Positions 34,930-43,230 of a stretch of DNA of 61,276 nt are shown here, piece by piece; within the stretch, counting starts at the first letter, position 1; every line of letters starts with the position of its first letter. Under the pieces are notes generated by a model, which was not told the origin of the DNA, ran no database searches, and was given only the letters and a program-made list of their open reading frames with translations. A program made the position numbers and the translations under genes. The DNA comes from an uncultured Candidatus Saccharibacteria bacterium. Its GTDB lineage: Bacteria > Patescibacteriota > WWE3 > JAUXAW01 > CAYREW01. The stretch covers positions 1-61,276 of the forward strand of contig CAYVIL010000001.1 in NCBI GenBank assembly GCA_964451675.1, read 5' to 3'.

Positions 34930-36472
34930 AAAGGACTAACAACAAACCAACCAAAGTCCCACCGCTTAATATAGCCAGTGCTTTTGATTTACCAGCTGTT
35001 AACAGAGCCACCGCGCCACAGATACCAGTCAATAACCAATAAAAAAGCGCCACTTGGCTCTGGCTCCAGCCTCTGTTAAGGAGATGGTGGTGTAAGTGCT
35101 CACTGTCTCCCCAAAACGGGGACTGTCCCTTCAAGATTCTTCTTGAAACAGCTGCTACAGAATCCAAAATAGGAACCAATAAAATTAGAACAGCAGTAGC
35201 AACTTTGGCCCCTGTCATTATAGATAACACTGCCAGTATAACCCCTAAACTAGTTGCACCAAATCCGTAAAAAATTCGCGCAGGATGCCAAACAAAAGGA
35301 ACAGTTCCTAAAATTGCACCTGTCGTGGCAAAAGCAATCTTTGCTGGAACTATTTGAGCAGGTTCATGCCCTACATAACGAAGAGATAAAAGCCCAATCA
35401 CAACAGAGGCAACACTTACAATACCTGGAAACTGACCATCAACACCGTTCGACCAGGAAATCATATTAGCTACAAAAATAATCCAAAAAGCAGTTATCAG
35501 ATCTGCGGGTAGCAAAATATGATGTTCTCCAAACAAATTGAGTGGTATATCAATTTGATCTAACCGAATAACGCCATTTAAAGGATTATTAATAAAGGTT
35601 ATCCCAATACCGGAAGCTATAATAACAAGTACTAAAAAAATCTGACTAACAAACCGTATATAAGGGTTAATATCCCAGCGATCATCAATTACTCCAACCA
35701 AAATTGCTATACCAGCCGCAAGCAAAGTCCCTACAACATCCTTACCAAAACTCAGGAATAAAGCACTACTAACCAATATCCCTAAAAAAACTGGCAGAGC
35801 TCCTGCGCGTGGGACAGGTTTACTATGCAGAATAGCAGGGTGCTTACGCTGCGGACTATCAATAATCTTTAAATAGCGACAAAGCTGCATAACCACCGGT
35901 GTTGCTAGCGCCGATACAATTAAAGCTGTCAAAAACGGGAGAGCAATAACAGAAATATATGAACCTGTTATTTCCTTACCTGACATACCAAGATCAAATA
36001 GATTACCGGGAGGTGTAGCAATACTTGCAGAGAAAACCCCTCCTAAATTCAACAGAAAGGCTGTAAGAACTGCCAAAACAAGGGGTAGCCAATAAACTTT
36101 GGCCGGCTGGTTTTCCAAAGAGCAAGATTTAATAACATTAGCTAAACTAATATTCAGTATTGTAAATAATAAGGATAATAATGGTAAACAAAAAAGAATT
36201 TGTTTAGATATCAAACGCTGCGAACCCCACACTAAACTGTAAAACAAGGGTACCTTATCCGGGAGTCTGGCATACACCAAAGCAAAAATTATTAAAGCGA
36301 AGAGAGAAACAGAGATACTTAGTACCAAAGTGATTAAACGACCCAGTTTCCACATATCCACTATCTTCAACAAAGAAGTAGTTCTACGCCGCCCTGTAAT
36401 TCGAGCGTACATCCTCTTTGGGGACAACAACCTTGCTAACATAAAATTAACTTTTTTCATATTTTTCAGCAA
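34892..36472 (-). CDS. Polyprenyl-phosphate sugar-phosphate transferase (GT4, MraY/WecA family) with about 180 aa of extra N-terminal TM region
   Basis: PVPRAGALPVFLG, GVIDDRWDINPYIRF, NMISWSNGVDGQ and HLHHHLLNRGWSQ are present. The 3' end overlaps the convergent sortase gene by 38 nt. Confidence 0.7.
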   Translation of the reverse strand: MLKNMKKVNFMLARLLSPKRMYARITGRRRTTSLLKIVDMWKLGRLITLVLSISVSLFALIIFALVYARLPDKVPLFYSLVWGSQRLISKQILFCLPLLSLLFTILNISLANVIKSCSLENQPAKVYWLPLVLAVLTAFLLNLGGVFSASIATPPGNLFDLGMSGKEITGSYISVIALPFLTALIVSALATPVVMQLCRYLKIIDSPQRKHPAILHSKPVPRAGALPVFLGILVSSALFLSFGKDVVGTLLAAGIAILVGVIDDRWDINPYIRFVSQIFLVLVIIASGIGITFINNPLNGVIRLDQIDIPLNLFGEHHILLPADLITAFWIIFVANMISWSNGVDGQFPGIVSVASVVIGLLSLRYVGHEPAQIVPAKIAFATTGAILGTVPFVWHPARIFYGFGATSLGVILAVLSIMTGAKVATAVLILLVPILDSVAAVSRRILKGQSPFWGDSEHLHHHLLNRGWSQSQVALFYWLLTGICGAVALLTAGKSKALAILSGGTLVGLLLVLFNFAGFLKPGQK

Positions 36473-36547
36473 TAAATTTAATATTTTTCTTTCCGATTAG
36501 TATAACAACTAAACTAGTATACACATATACACTCTCAAAAAGACTTT

Positions 36548-38038
36548 TCAATTACAGAGCAGATAAAAATCATAAAAATCCCATGAACGGGACAATGCGT
36601 AGTAATCGTGTACAAAATCATTCAGAACTTCTGGCACTCCAATATCATCTTGTATAATAATTAGCTCCGGAGGTTCTTTCCTCAAATCCTGCAGAGCTCG
36701 TTCTGTATTCCAAGCACGCCAAAACACATGGTAAGCAGAAAAAAAACGAACAGGAGACAAAACATTTGCTATATCATAAATCCAAGGTACATTAGCAAAA
36801 ACGAAAACGCGGTCAATCTCAGAGTAATGCGAAGCAAGCATTCTCTTAATTTCAGCTATATCATTTACAGAAGGGTCAAAACAGTCATTAAACTCCTGTT
36901 GAGAAATACGACCCGCCCACTTATCCAAAAAAAGACGGTAATAACCAGAAGGCATTACACTACTTAACTTTCCCCATCCTGTAAATACATTAAACAAAAG
37001 GAAAACAACTAACAAAGACATTGCGAAATTGCGCAGATAAAATTTAGATGTAAAGCTAACACCAACTAATAAAGAAACAGCGGGTATAACCTGAAGCAGA
37101 TAATGGGGATAGGCGCGCGAGGACAGCGTTGCCCCTACAAATGCAGCAATCACCCAAACCAACGCAAAAAACATTTTCGAATTTATTTTAACGAGTAAGC
37201 GCAGCAAGAAAACAAATCCCAGTAAAAAGGCAAACAGTAACCCACGAAAAATAATTGTATTAGGAACCAAGGAAGGAAGCAGCCATTTAACAAAAGGTTC
37301 CTGAACGTACGAAACCCCGAATAGAAACGCAGAATAAATAAACTGGCCCAGAGTTCCGGTAAGCAAAAAGTAGATAAATGTAAGTAACAAAGGAGTTAAA
37401 AACCCTAAAATAGCAAGCCAATATCTGCTTACAAAATCTTTATAAAGAGTATTGTCCACATACGCCTCCACTAAGAAAAAAAAGAGAACAGCAAATAATT
37501 CGAATACTGGAGGCACTTTTATCAGAAAAGCAATTGAAAACAACACACCGCCTAAAAAAAGAGCTGGTCTTTCCCTGTTCCACAGCAGCAATATTCCTAA
37601 ACAGGAAAACAGAATAAAGAAGTTCTCTGCATTTGCAATATTTGCCTCGAAAATTGGCGTAGCTAAAAAAAGGTTACTCAACACAGCAGCTAAAACAGCT
37701 GAGGCTTTTTTCCCTGTTACTTTTAAAGTAAGGAAAAATAAAATGAGCGATGTAGTAGCAGAGAAAATTAAATTTGTGACCCGCGCTGCCACTTGATTAT
37801 ATTTACCAAAAAGATCAAAAAACATGTAAAGCAGGTACAGTAACGGGGGCTTGTTATCCCAAGCATCTCTATACAGCATTCCCCCTGCTCGTAAATGATG
37901 TCCAACTGCAGCATAGATACCCTCATCACCGTACCACTTGGGTTCAAAAATACTTGGAACACGCAATACCAAAAGAAGAATAAACGAACCAATTAACAAA
38001 AAACGCAGCGCTGCTCTGTAATGTGTAGTTTTAAACAT
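36548..38038 (-). CDS. ArnT/PMT-like (GT39/GT83-type) polytopic glycosyltransferase
   Basis: GDEGIYAAVGHHLRAGGMLYRDAWDNKPPLLYLLY is the first-loop D-E motif. About 11 TM helices are followed by a soluble C-terminal domain. Confidence 0.6.
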   Translation of the reverse strand: MFKTTHYRAALRFLLIGSFILLLVLRVPSIFEPKWYGDEGIYAAVGHHLRAGGMLYRDAWDNKPPLLYLLYMFFDLFGKYNQVAARVTNLIFSATTSLILFFLTLKVTGKKASAVLAAVLSNLFLATPIFEANIANAENFFILFSCLGILLLWNRERPALFLGGVLFSIAFLIKVPPVFELFAVLFFFLVEAYVDNTLYKDFVSRYWLAILGFLTPLLLTFIYFLLTGTLGQFIYSAFLFGVSYVQEPFVKWLLPSLVPNTIIFRGLLFAFLLGFVFLLRLLVKINSKMFFALVWVIAAFVGATLSSRAYPHYLLQVIPAVSLLVGVSFTSKFYLRNFAMSLLVVFLLFNVFTGWGKLSSVMPSGYYRLFLDKWAGRISQQEFNDCFDPSVNDIAEIKRMLASHYSEIDRVFVFANVPWIYDIANVLSPVRFFSAYHVFWRAWNTERALQDLRKEPPELIIIQDDIGVPEVLNDFVHDYYALSRSWDFYDFYLLCN

Positions 38039-38156
38039 AGCACTCTAATTGTATATGGAATACAAGCAGCTAGCAAAAGGCCAACAAAACACACAGCTTT
38101 ATTACAGCGCCGCTAATATATCCATAGGGACAGCTACTAACACCACTACTTTCTAG

Positions 38157-38165
38157 TGTTATACT
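38157..38165 (+). promoter_or_regulatory. Extended -10 (TGtTATACT) 9 nt upstream of ATG 38175
   Basis: Read directly; no SD. Confidence 0.5.
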
Positions 38166-38174
38166 ATTCCTAAC

Positions 38175-39128
38175 ATGAAAAAAGTAGGAATAATCCTAAA
38201 AAAGGCACGGCGTGAAAAAGGTATAGAAATTGAGGAAGCTTCAAGAGAACTAAAAATACAAAAAAAATTCCTCGAAGCTTTAGAAGAAGGCAACTATGAT
38301 CTATTTGATTCTGTGGTACATATAAAAGGCTTTCTTCGCAATTATGCCGACTTCTTGAATCTAAAACCAGAAGAATTGCTGGCCTTCTGGAGAAGAGAAT
38401 TCGACAAACAAGAATTCAAACCAGAAGCAAGACAATTACCAGCTAAGCCACTAAAAAACCCTAAACAATTAATAACTCCGGGACTAGCTACTATTGTAGG
38501 TATAATCATTCTCTCTTTGGCCTTCTTTAGCTACCTTTTTTGGCAGTACAGATCATTAACAGGACCACCAAAACTGGTTGTAGATTACCCGCAGGATAAT
38601 GCGCATCTTAACGAAAATTACATCCAGGCAACCGGGAAAGCAGGTCCTACCGCAGAATTGTATATAAATGAGCAACGAATAAGCTTAAAACAAGACGGTA
38701 CTTTTAGTGTACCTCTTGCACTATCGTCAGGCTTAAACACTATTGTGTTTACCGCAAAAAACAATTTGGGCAGTAACCAAGAAGTTGTACGGACAGTTTT
38801 TGTTATCCCTGAAGATCAGCAAGAAGGAACTGTCGCCGCCGAGGCAACCCCCTCGGCACAACCGCAAGTGGCACAGGAGCAGCAGACATCACAATCAATT
38901 TTAGAAATTAAAGCTAAACCCAATTCTGCTTGGCTGGAAGTAAGAAGCGGCGAGCAAGTCTTATTCCAAGGAATGTTAATGTCAGGAGCAGAAAACGAAT
39001 TTACAATTAACGAAGAAATATATATAAAAACAGGTAACGCTGGTTCAACCCGCATTATCATTAACAATGAAGACCTGGGCGTACTGGGTGAGGAAGGAGA
39101 GATTGTTGAAAGGAAATTTACGCCTTGA
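38175..39128 (+). CDS. rodZ: RodZ-like cytoskeleton protein (XRE-type HTH, TM, DUF4115-like C-domain)
   Basis: LKKARREKGIEIEEASRELKIQKKFLEALEEGNYDLF, one TM, and C-terminal AWLEVRSGEQVLFQGMLMSGAENEFT...IKTGNAGSTRIIINNEDLG. Confidence 0.75.
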   Translation: MKKVGIILKKARREKGIEIEEASRELKIQKKFLEALEEGNYDLFDSVVHIKGFLRNYADFLNLKPEELLAFWRREFDKQEFKPEARQLPAKPLKNPKQLITPGLATIVGIIILSLAFFSYLFWQYRSLTGPPKLVVDYPQDNAHLNENYIQATGKAGPTAELYINEQRISLKQDGTFSVPLALSSGLNTIVFTAKNNLGSNQEVVRTVFVIPEDQQEGTVAAEATPSAQPQVAQEQQTSQSILEIKAKPNSAWLEVRSGEQVLFQGMLMSGAENEFTINEEIYIKTGNAGSTRIIINNEDLGVLGEEGEIVERKFTP

Positions 39129-39179
39129 CGCAGTTAGACTTAAATTGTTAAATTTAATTATAGAAAAGGTACCCTGCCT

Positions 39180-39455
39180 ATGGATCTCAACAGTACACTT
39201 TTAATCATTATCTTAGCCGTCCTCTCCGTGAATATTGTTTTTGTCGGTATTTACATTGTCTTAGTCCTCCGCGAAGTACGTACATCTATATCAAAACTAA
39301 ACAGTATGCTAGAAACAGTTGACGGTGTTTTATCCTCTATTGCAGCACCTTTAGTAGGTGCATCCGCAGCAATAACTGCTCTAAGCAAAGGTAAAAATAT
39401 ATTAAACAACATTAAAAACATTACTGGTAGCAAAGAAGAGGAAGAGGATTCTTAA
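39180..39455 (+). CDS. DUF948-like small membrane protein
   Basis: N-terminal TM followed by a helical segment. It is paired with a YtxH-like gene, as in the ytxG/ytxH-type arrangement. Confidence 0.5.
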   Translation: MDLNSTLLIIILAVLSVNIVFVGIYIVLVLREVRTSISKLNSMLETVDGVLSSIAAPLVGASAAITALSKGKNILNNIKNITGSKEEEEDS

Positions 39456-39483
39456 AATTAATGTGAAGGGGGTGCCCTGATAA

Positions 39484-39828
39484 ATGAGTAAAAATAATAA
39501 CAGCGGTAATTTTCTAACCGGTTTTCTTGTAGGAGCTGTGGTAGGCGGCGCTCTTGGTGTTCTTTTAGCACCGGAAGAGGGCAAGGAAACGAGAAAAAAA
39601 TTAAATAAAAAGGGCAAAGAGTTAAAAAAGCAACTAGACAAGATATCGAACAACATCTCGGAAAAAGCAGAAGAGATAATAGAAGACGTAGAAGAAAAGT
39701 CAGAACCGATCAAAAAGCAGGCAGACGAAACTAAACAAGTTGTTGCAAAGAAAGTAGAAAAATTTAAGAACGAACTAGAACAAGAGCTAGAGAATAGAAA
39801 AAGAAAGCGCTACTTCCGCGGGGTCTAA
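39484..39828 (+). CDS. YtxH-domain protein
   Basis: GFLVGAVVGGALGVLLAPEEGKETRKKL is the signature YtxH N-terminus. A charged helical tail follows. Confidence 0.7.
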   Translation: MSKNNNSGNFLTGFLVGAVVGGALGVLLAPEEGKETRKKLNKKGKELKKQLDKISNNISEKAEEIIEDVEEKSEPIKKQADETKQVVAKKVEKFKNELEQELENRKRKRYFRGV

Positions 39829-39943
39829 TACTAGCTAAGTAAACAATAATACCAGTAACTTCAGCCCCATCCCTGCCCAAGCTATTGCATCCTTTGTCTT
39901 AACAAGCAGTTTCTGCTAAAATAATCCTGTTGGTACCCACAGC

Positions 39944-40018
39944 GGCCCGATAGCCAAGTGGTAAGGCGGGAGTCTGCAAAACTCCTATGCGCCGGTTCGA
40001 ATCCGGCTCGGGCCTCCA
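39944..40018 (+). tRNA. tRNA-Cys (anticodon GCA), with CCA encoded
   Basis: The cloverleaf was folded by hand. The acceptor stem GGCCCGA/TCGGGCC is perfect, the anticodon stem is GGAGT/ACTCC with loop CTGCAAA, and the T-arm is GCCGG-TTCGAATC-CGGC. Discriminator T plus CCA gives 75 nt. Confidence 0.9.
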
Positions 40019-40070
40019 AATATCACTTCACTTATTTTCAACAACTGAACAATAGTCATAAAGTGCGCTT

Positions 40071-41984
40071 TTACAACTCTTCTAATGTTTCCAAACTGTC
40101 TAACACTTCTCGCGCTTCAGTATACTGAGGACGCAACTCTATTGCTTTCTCCAATGCTGCCTTAGCATCTTCGTCAGCACCTTGCAAAATACAAACTAAC
40201 CCTAAATTGTAATAAGCTTTAGCATCCGTAGGCGACAGCCTTACCATCTCACTTGCCACTCTTTGAGCGCTAGAAACATAAGTACTGTCTACCAAAGCCA
40301 AATCATAGTAAACCCTGGTTAACTGCTTTAAAGTCAAGGAATTTAAAGGATTTATTGCATAAGCTTGCTGTGCTGCATCACTTGCCCACGAAGCTAAATA
40401 CTGTTGACTTTCTATTGAACCTGCGACTAAGGCAGCGTTCGCCAAATTTTCGGATAAATCCCGCAAATAAGTGGGCTCGGTCGGTCTCAGCCGGCTCGCT
40501 TTATTAATTTCAGCAGAGGCTAACAGGTACTCACCAGCTGCTTCCAAAGCCTGACCGCGGGCATATATAACATCCGCCCAGAAAGATCTAAAAACAAAAA
40601 AGTCAAAAAACAGAATACTTACCACCATAAATGCACCAATAATAACTCGCTGTAACATGCTAGAAAGCTCGAGTTGCCGATAACTAGAGTCCTGTTCTGC
40701 AGAAACGACAATGAAAGCCAAAAAGGCCCAAAATAACAGTGCTGTCGCAACAACAGAGAAACCAAAAAAATTGCTAGCAAGATAAACAGCAATACCTGAA
40801 AAAAAGCCAACCGACAGCGGGGCCCATTTCAGAGAGCGTTTGGCAAAACAAGCAAACGCAACAACAACAATAGCTAAAAAAGAAAGCAAGCCTAATACAC
40901 CAGTGTTGCAAAGAAGGTCAAGGTATTCGTTATGTGCCTTATTATAGAGAAAGTCCCATTCATCTGTTGAGTTTAAACCTGCGGGACGTTGCGGCAAAAA
41001 AGAATATGCAAAAGTTTCCGGTCCATGTCCAAGAACAGGACGAGACATAAATGTCTGTAATGCACCTCCCCACACCAAAAGACGGATCCTGGTTGTAGAT
41101 CCAGAATGACTGGGAACAGCTGTCTGGGCAAAAACAGCAAGCTCATTGGCAAGAATATCTTTAATCTGGTTAATACGCGCTTCGAAAAGCCCTGGGAACA
41201 AGCAGGAAAAAACAAAGAAAGCAAAAATAGTAACCACTAAATATTTTTTTTGATTAAGGTCTAACCTAGTTCTCAACAAAGCTATCATCACGATCATACC
41301 GAGTAACAAACCGGCTAAACCGGACAGCGAATAAGCGAACCAAAAAGATAAATAATAAATAAAAGAAAGGAAACCCAAAAAGCAAGCATATTTCCATCTA
41401 CCTTTTCTTACAAAATACAAACCCCAACACAATATAACAGGAATTAACATTGCCAGAAATGCGGCAAGCCAATTCGGCTGCCCCAAAGTAGAAAATACAC
41501 GCGACTGGACATCCTGTACCCAGTAATCTTTGTCAATACCAAAATGTTCAAGTACCCCCCAAATAGACACCAACCCCGCAGATAAAAACATAGAAAACAA
41601 AAACGGTTCTAAATTGCTAAACTCGGAAACAAAAATATAGAAAAGAAAAACGTAACAAAACAGACTTAAAAGCCCTCCGTGAAAGCGGGTATAGTAACCA
41701 AAAAAAGAGGTTTCAAAATGGATAGAAAAAACCGTTGCCAATATGTAAACAAATACAAACAATAATATCGGCGCGTCTAAAGGAGTCCTCCGTATACTCA
41801 ATCGTCCTTGTATCAAACTTTTCACAACAAAAACAAACACAATCCAACCGGTAAAGAAGTATACAGCTATCATTTTCGGAAACTCAAAAAGCTCACGAGT
41901 AAAGGGAGTCCAAAGCAAAGGAACGAAAAAAAATAAGGCACAATATAATGTTTTTAGCAAGTGATGCAAATATTTTTTTAGCAT
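40071..41984 (-). CDS. O-antigen ligase (Wzy_C)-domain polytopic protein with C-terminal TPR repeats
   Basis: AHNEYLDLLCNTGVLGLLSFL is the Wzy_C loop motif. There are at least 10 TM helices, and the C-terminal 200 aa carry TPR-like A/Y/L periodicity. Confidence 0.75.
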   Translation of the reverse strand: MLKKYLHHLLKTLYCALFFFVPLLWTPFTRELFEFPKMIAVYFFTGWIVFVFVVKSLIQGRLSIRRTPLDAPILLFVFVYILATVFSIHFETSFFGYYTRFHGGLLSLFCYVFLFYIFVSEFSNLEPFLFSMFLSAGLVSIWGVLEHFGIDKDYWVQDVQSRVFSTLGQPNWLAAFLAMLIPVILCWGLYFVRKGRWKYACFLGFLSFIYYLSFWFAYSLSGLAGLLLGMIVMIALLRTRLDLNQKKYLVVTIFAFFVFSCLFPGLFEARINQIKDILANELAVFAQTAVPSHSGSTTRIRLLVWGGALQTFMSRPVLGHGPETFAYSFLPQRPAGLNSTDEWDFLYNKAHNEYLDLLCNTGVLGLLSFLAIVVVAFACFAKRSLKWAPLSVGFFSGIAVYLASNFFGFSVVATALLFWAFLAFIVVSAEQDSSYRQLELSSMLQRVIIGAFMVVSILFFDFFVFRSFWADVIYARGQALEAAGEYLLASAEINKASRLRPTEPTYLRDLSENLANAALVAGSIESQQYLASWASDAAQQAYAINPLNSLTLKQLTRVYYDLALVDSTYVSSAQRVASEMVRLSPTDAKAYYNLGLVCILQGADEDAKAALEKAIELRPQYTEAREVLDSLETLEEL

Positions 41985-42136
41985 ACTTAATAACTAATTA
42001 TAAAAAAAACCAAACTCTGCTCCTTTACCACAAAGAGCAGCAATTACTGAAAAAACTACAGACTCTTCAATCTTTGAGAAGCATTACTCAAAGAGCAGAT
42101 AAGTAGTAAGCTGTTGTTACCTATTTTACTGTAATA

Positions 42137-43063
42137 CTAATCTGAGAGAACGTAAATTATAATCAAAACAGAAAACAGCCACAAACCAACAGTTGCCAAA
42201 AGCGGTTTATCAGAAAGAAGCACATCTTCCGGACTTTCGCCTTCTTTCTTCTCATAAATAACATACAAATACCTAGCTAACCCGTACAAAACCAAAGGGA
42301 CAGTAAGCATCATTAGTTTAGGCTGGGACACGGTACGTGGCAAAGCTAAACTAATTATGGAGTCAGTTCTAGGTGCTGTTTGGAAAGCAAACAAAGAATA
42401 ACTCATTGCTGCTATAGTGGCAGACATAGTAATTACAGAATCCAAAAGACTTTTAGGATATTGCTGCAAAGTCTCCCTAGTACCTAGTGCTTCAACCCTT
42501 TCCGCCAATGTTTTTTCACTTCTCCTTTTACCAAATGCAATAACGAGCGATAGCCCAATAGTAGCCATAGCTAACCAAGATGAAAGTGGTATTGGTATTA
42601 GCCAAGAACCCGCATACACTCTTATAATGAACCCTATAGCGACGGCGATGGCGTCAACAATTATTACTGATCTTACATACAAAGAATAAACAATTTGCAA
42701 AAAAAAGTAACCTAACACCAAAACAAAAAAATAATCAGATAAAAAATATGCAAAGATTGCTGCGGTTAGAGAAAGTAAAAAACTTACAGACAAAGCAAAT
42801 GGGACAGAAATACGCCCAGCAGCAATAGGTCTATTCCTTTTAATAGGGTGGTTCCTATCCTCAGGTGCATCAACCACATCATTAAACAAGTACATTGACG
42901 AAGAAATTAAACAAAAAACTGCTACACCTAGAACTGTCTTTGTAAAAACTGCAACATTAAACAGTTCCCCCCAAAAGATTGCTGCCGCAAAAAGGCTCAA
43001 GTTTTTAAGCCATTGCCGCGGACGGGTTGAAATAACAAGATCTTTTATCACCAAAAAAGACAT
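42137..43063 (-). CDS. UbiA-family prenyl-phosphate transferase, decaprenyl-phosphate phosphoribosyltransferase-like
   Basis: RPRQWLKNL and NDVVDAPEDRNHPIKRNRPIAAG (NDxxD plus a basic loop) are present with about 8 TM helices. Confidence 0.75.
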   Translation of the reverse strand: MSFLVIKDLVISTRPRQWLKNLSLFAAAIFWGELFNVAVFTKTVLGVAVFCLISSSMYLFNDVVDAPEDRNHPIKRNRPIAAGRISVPFALSVSFLLSLTAAIFAYFLSDYFFVLVLGYFFLQIVYSLYVRSVIIVDAIAVAIGFIIRVYAGSWLIPIPLSSWLAMATIGLSLVIAFGKRRSEKTLAERVEALGTRETLQQYPKSLLDSVITMSATIAAMSYSLFAFQTAPRTDSIISLALPRTVSQPKLMMLTVPLVLYGLARYLYVIYEKKEGESPEDVLLSDKPLLATVGLWLFSVLIIIYVLSD

Positions 43064-43230
43064 ATGGATTCATCTTGTATTTTAGCAGGTTATTGCAACA
43101 TCCTTCCAGCAGCAGTGCTGCCCACCCTGTACAAATCAGTAAAAAACTGCTTCTTTCAACAATGTATTAAACCTAAATCACAATCCTCTTGAGAAAAGGT
43201 CATATATTCAACTAAAATTAAGACATAAAC

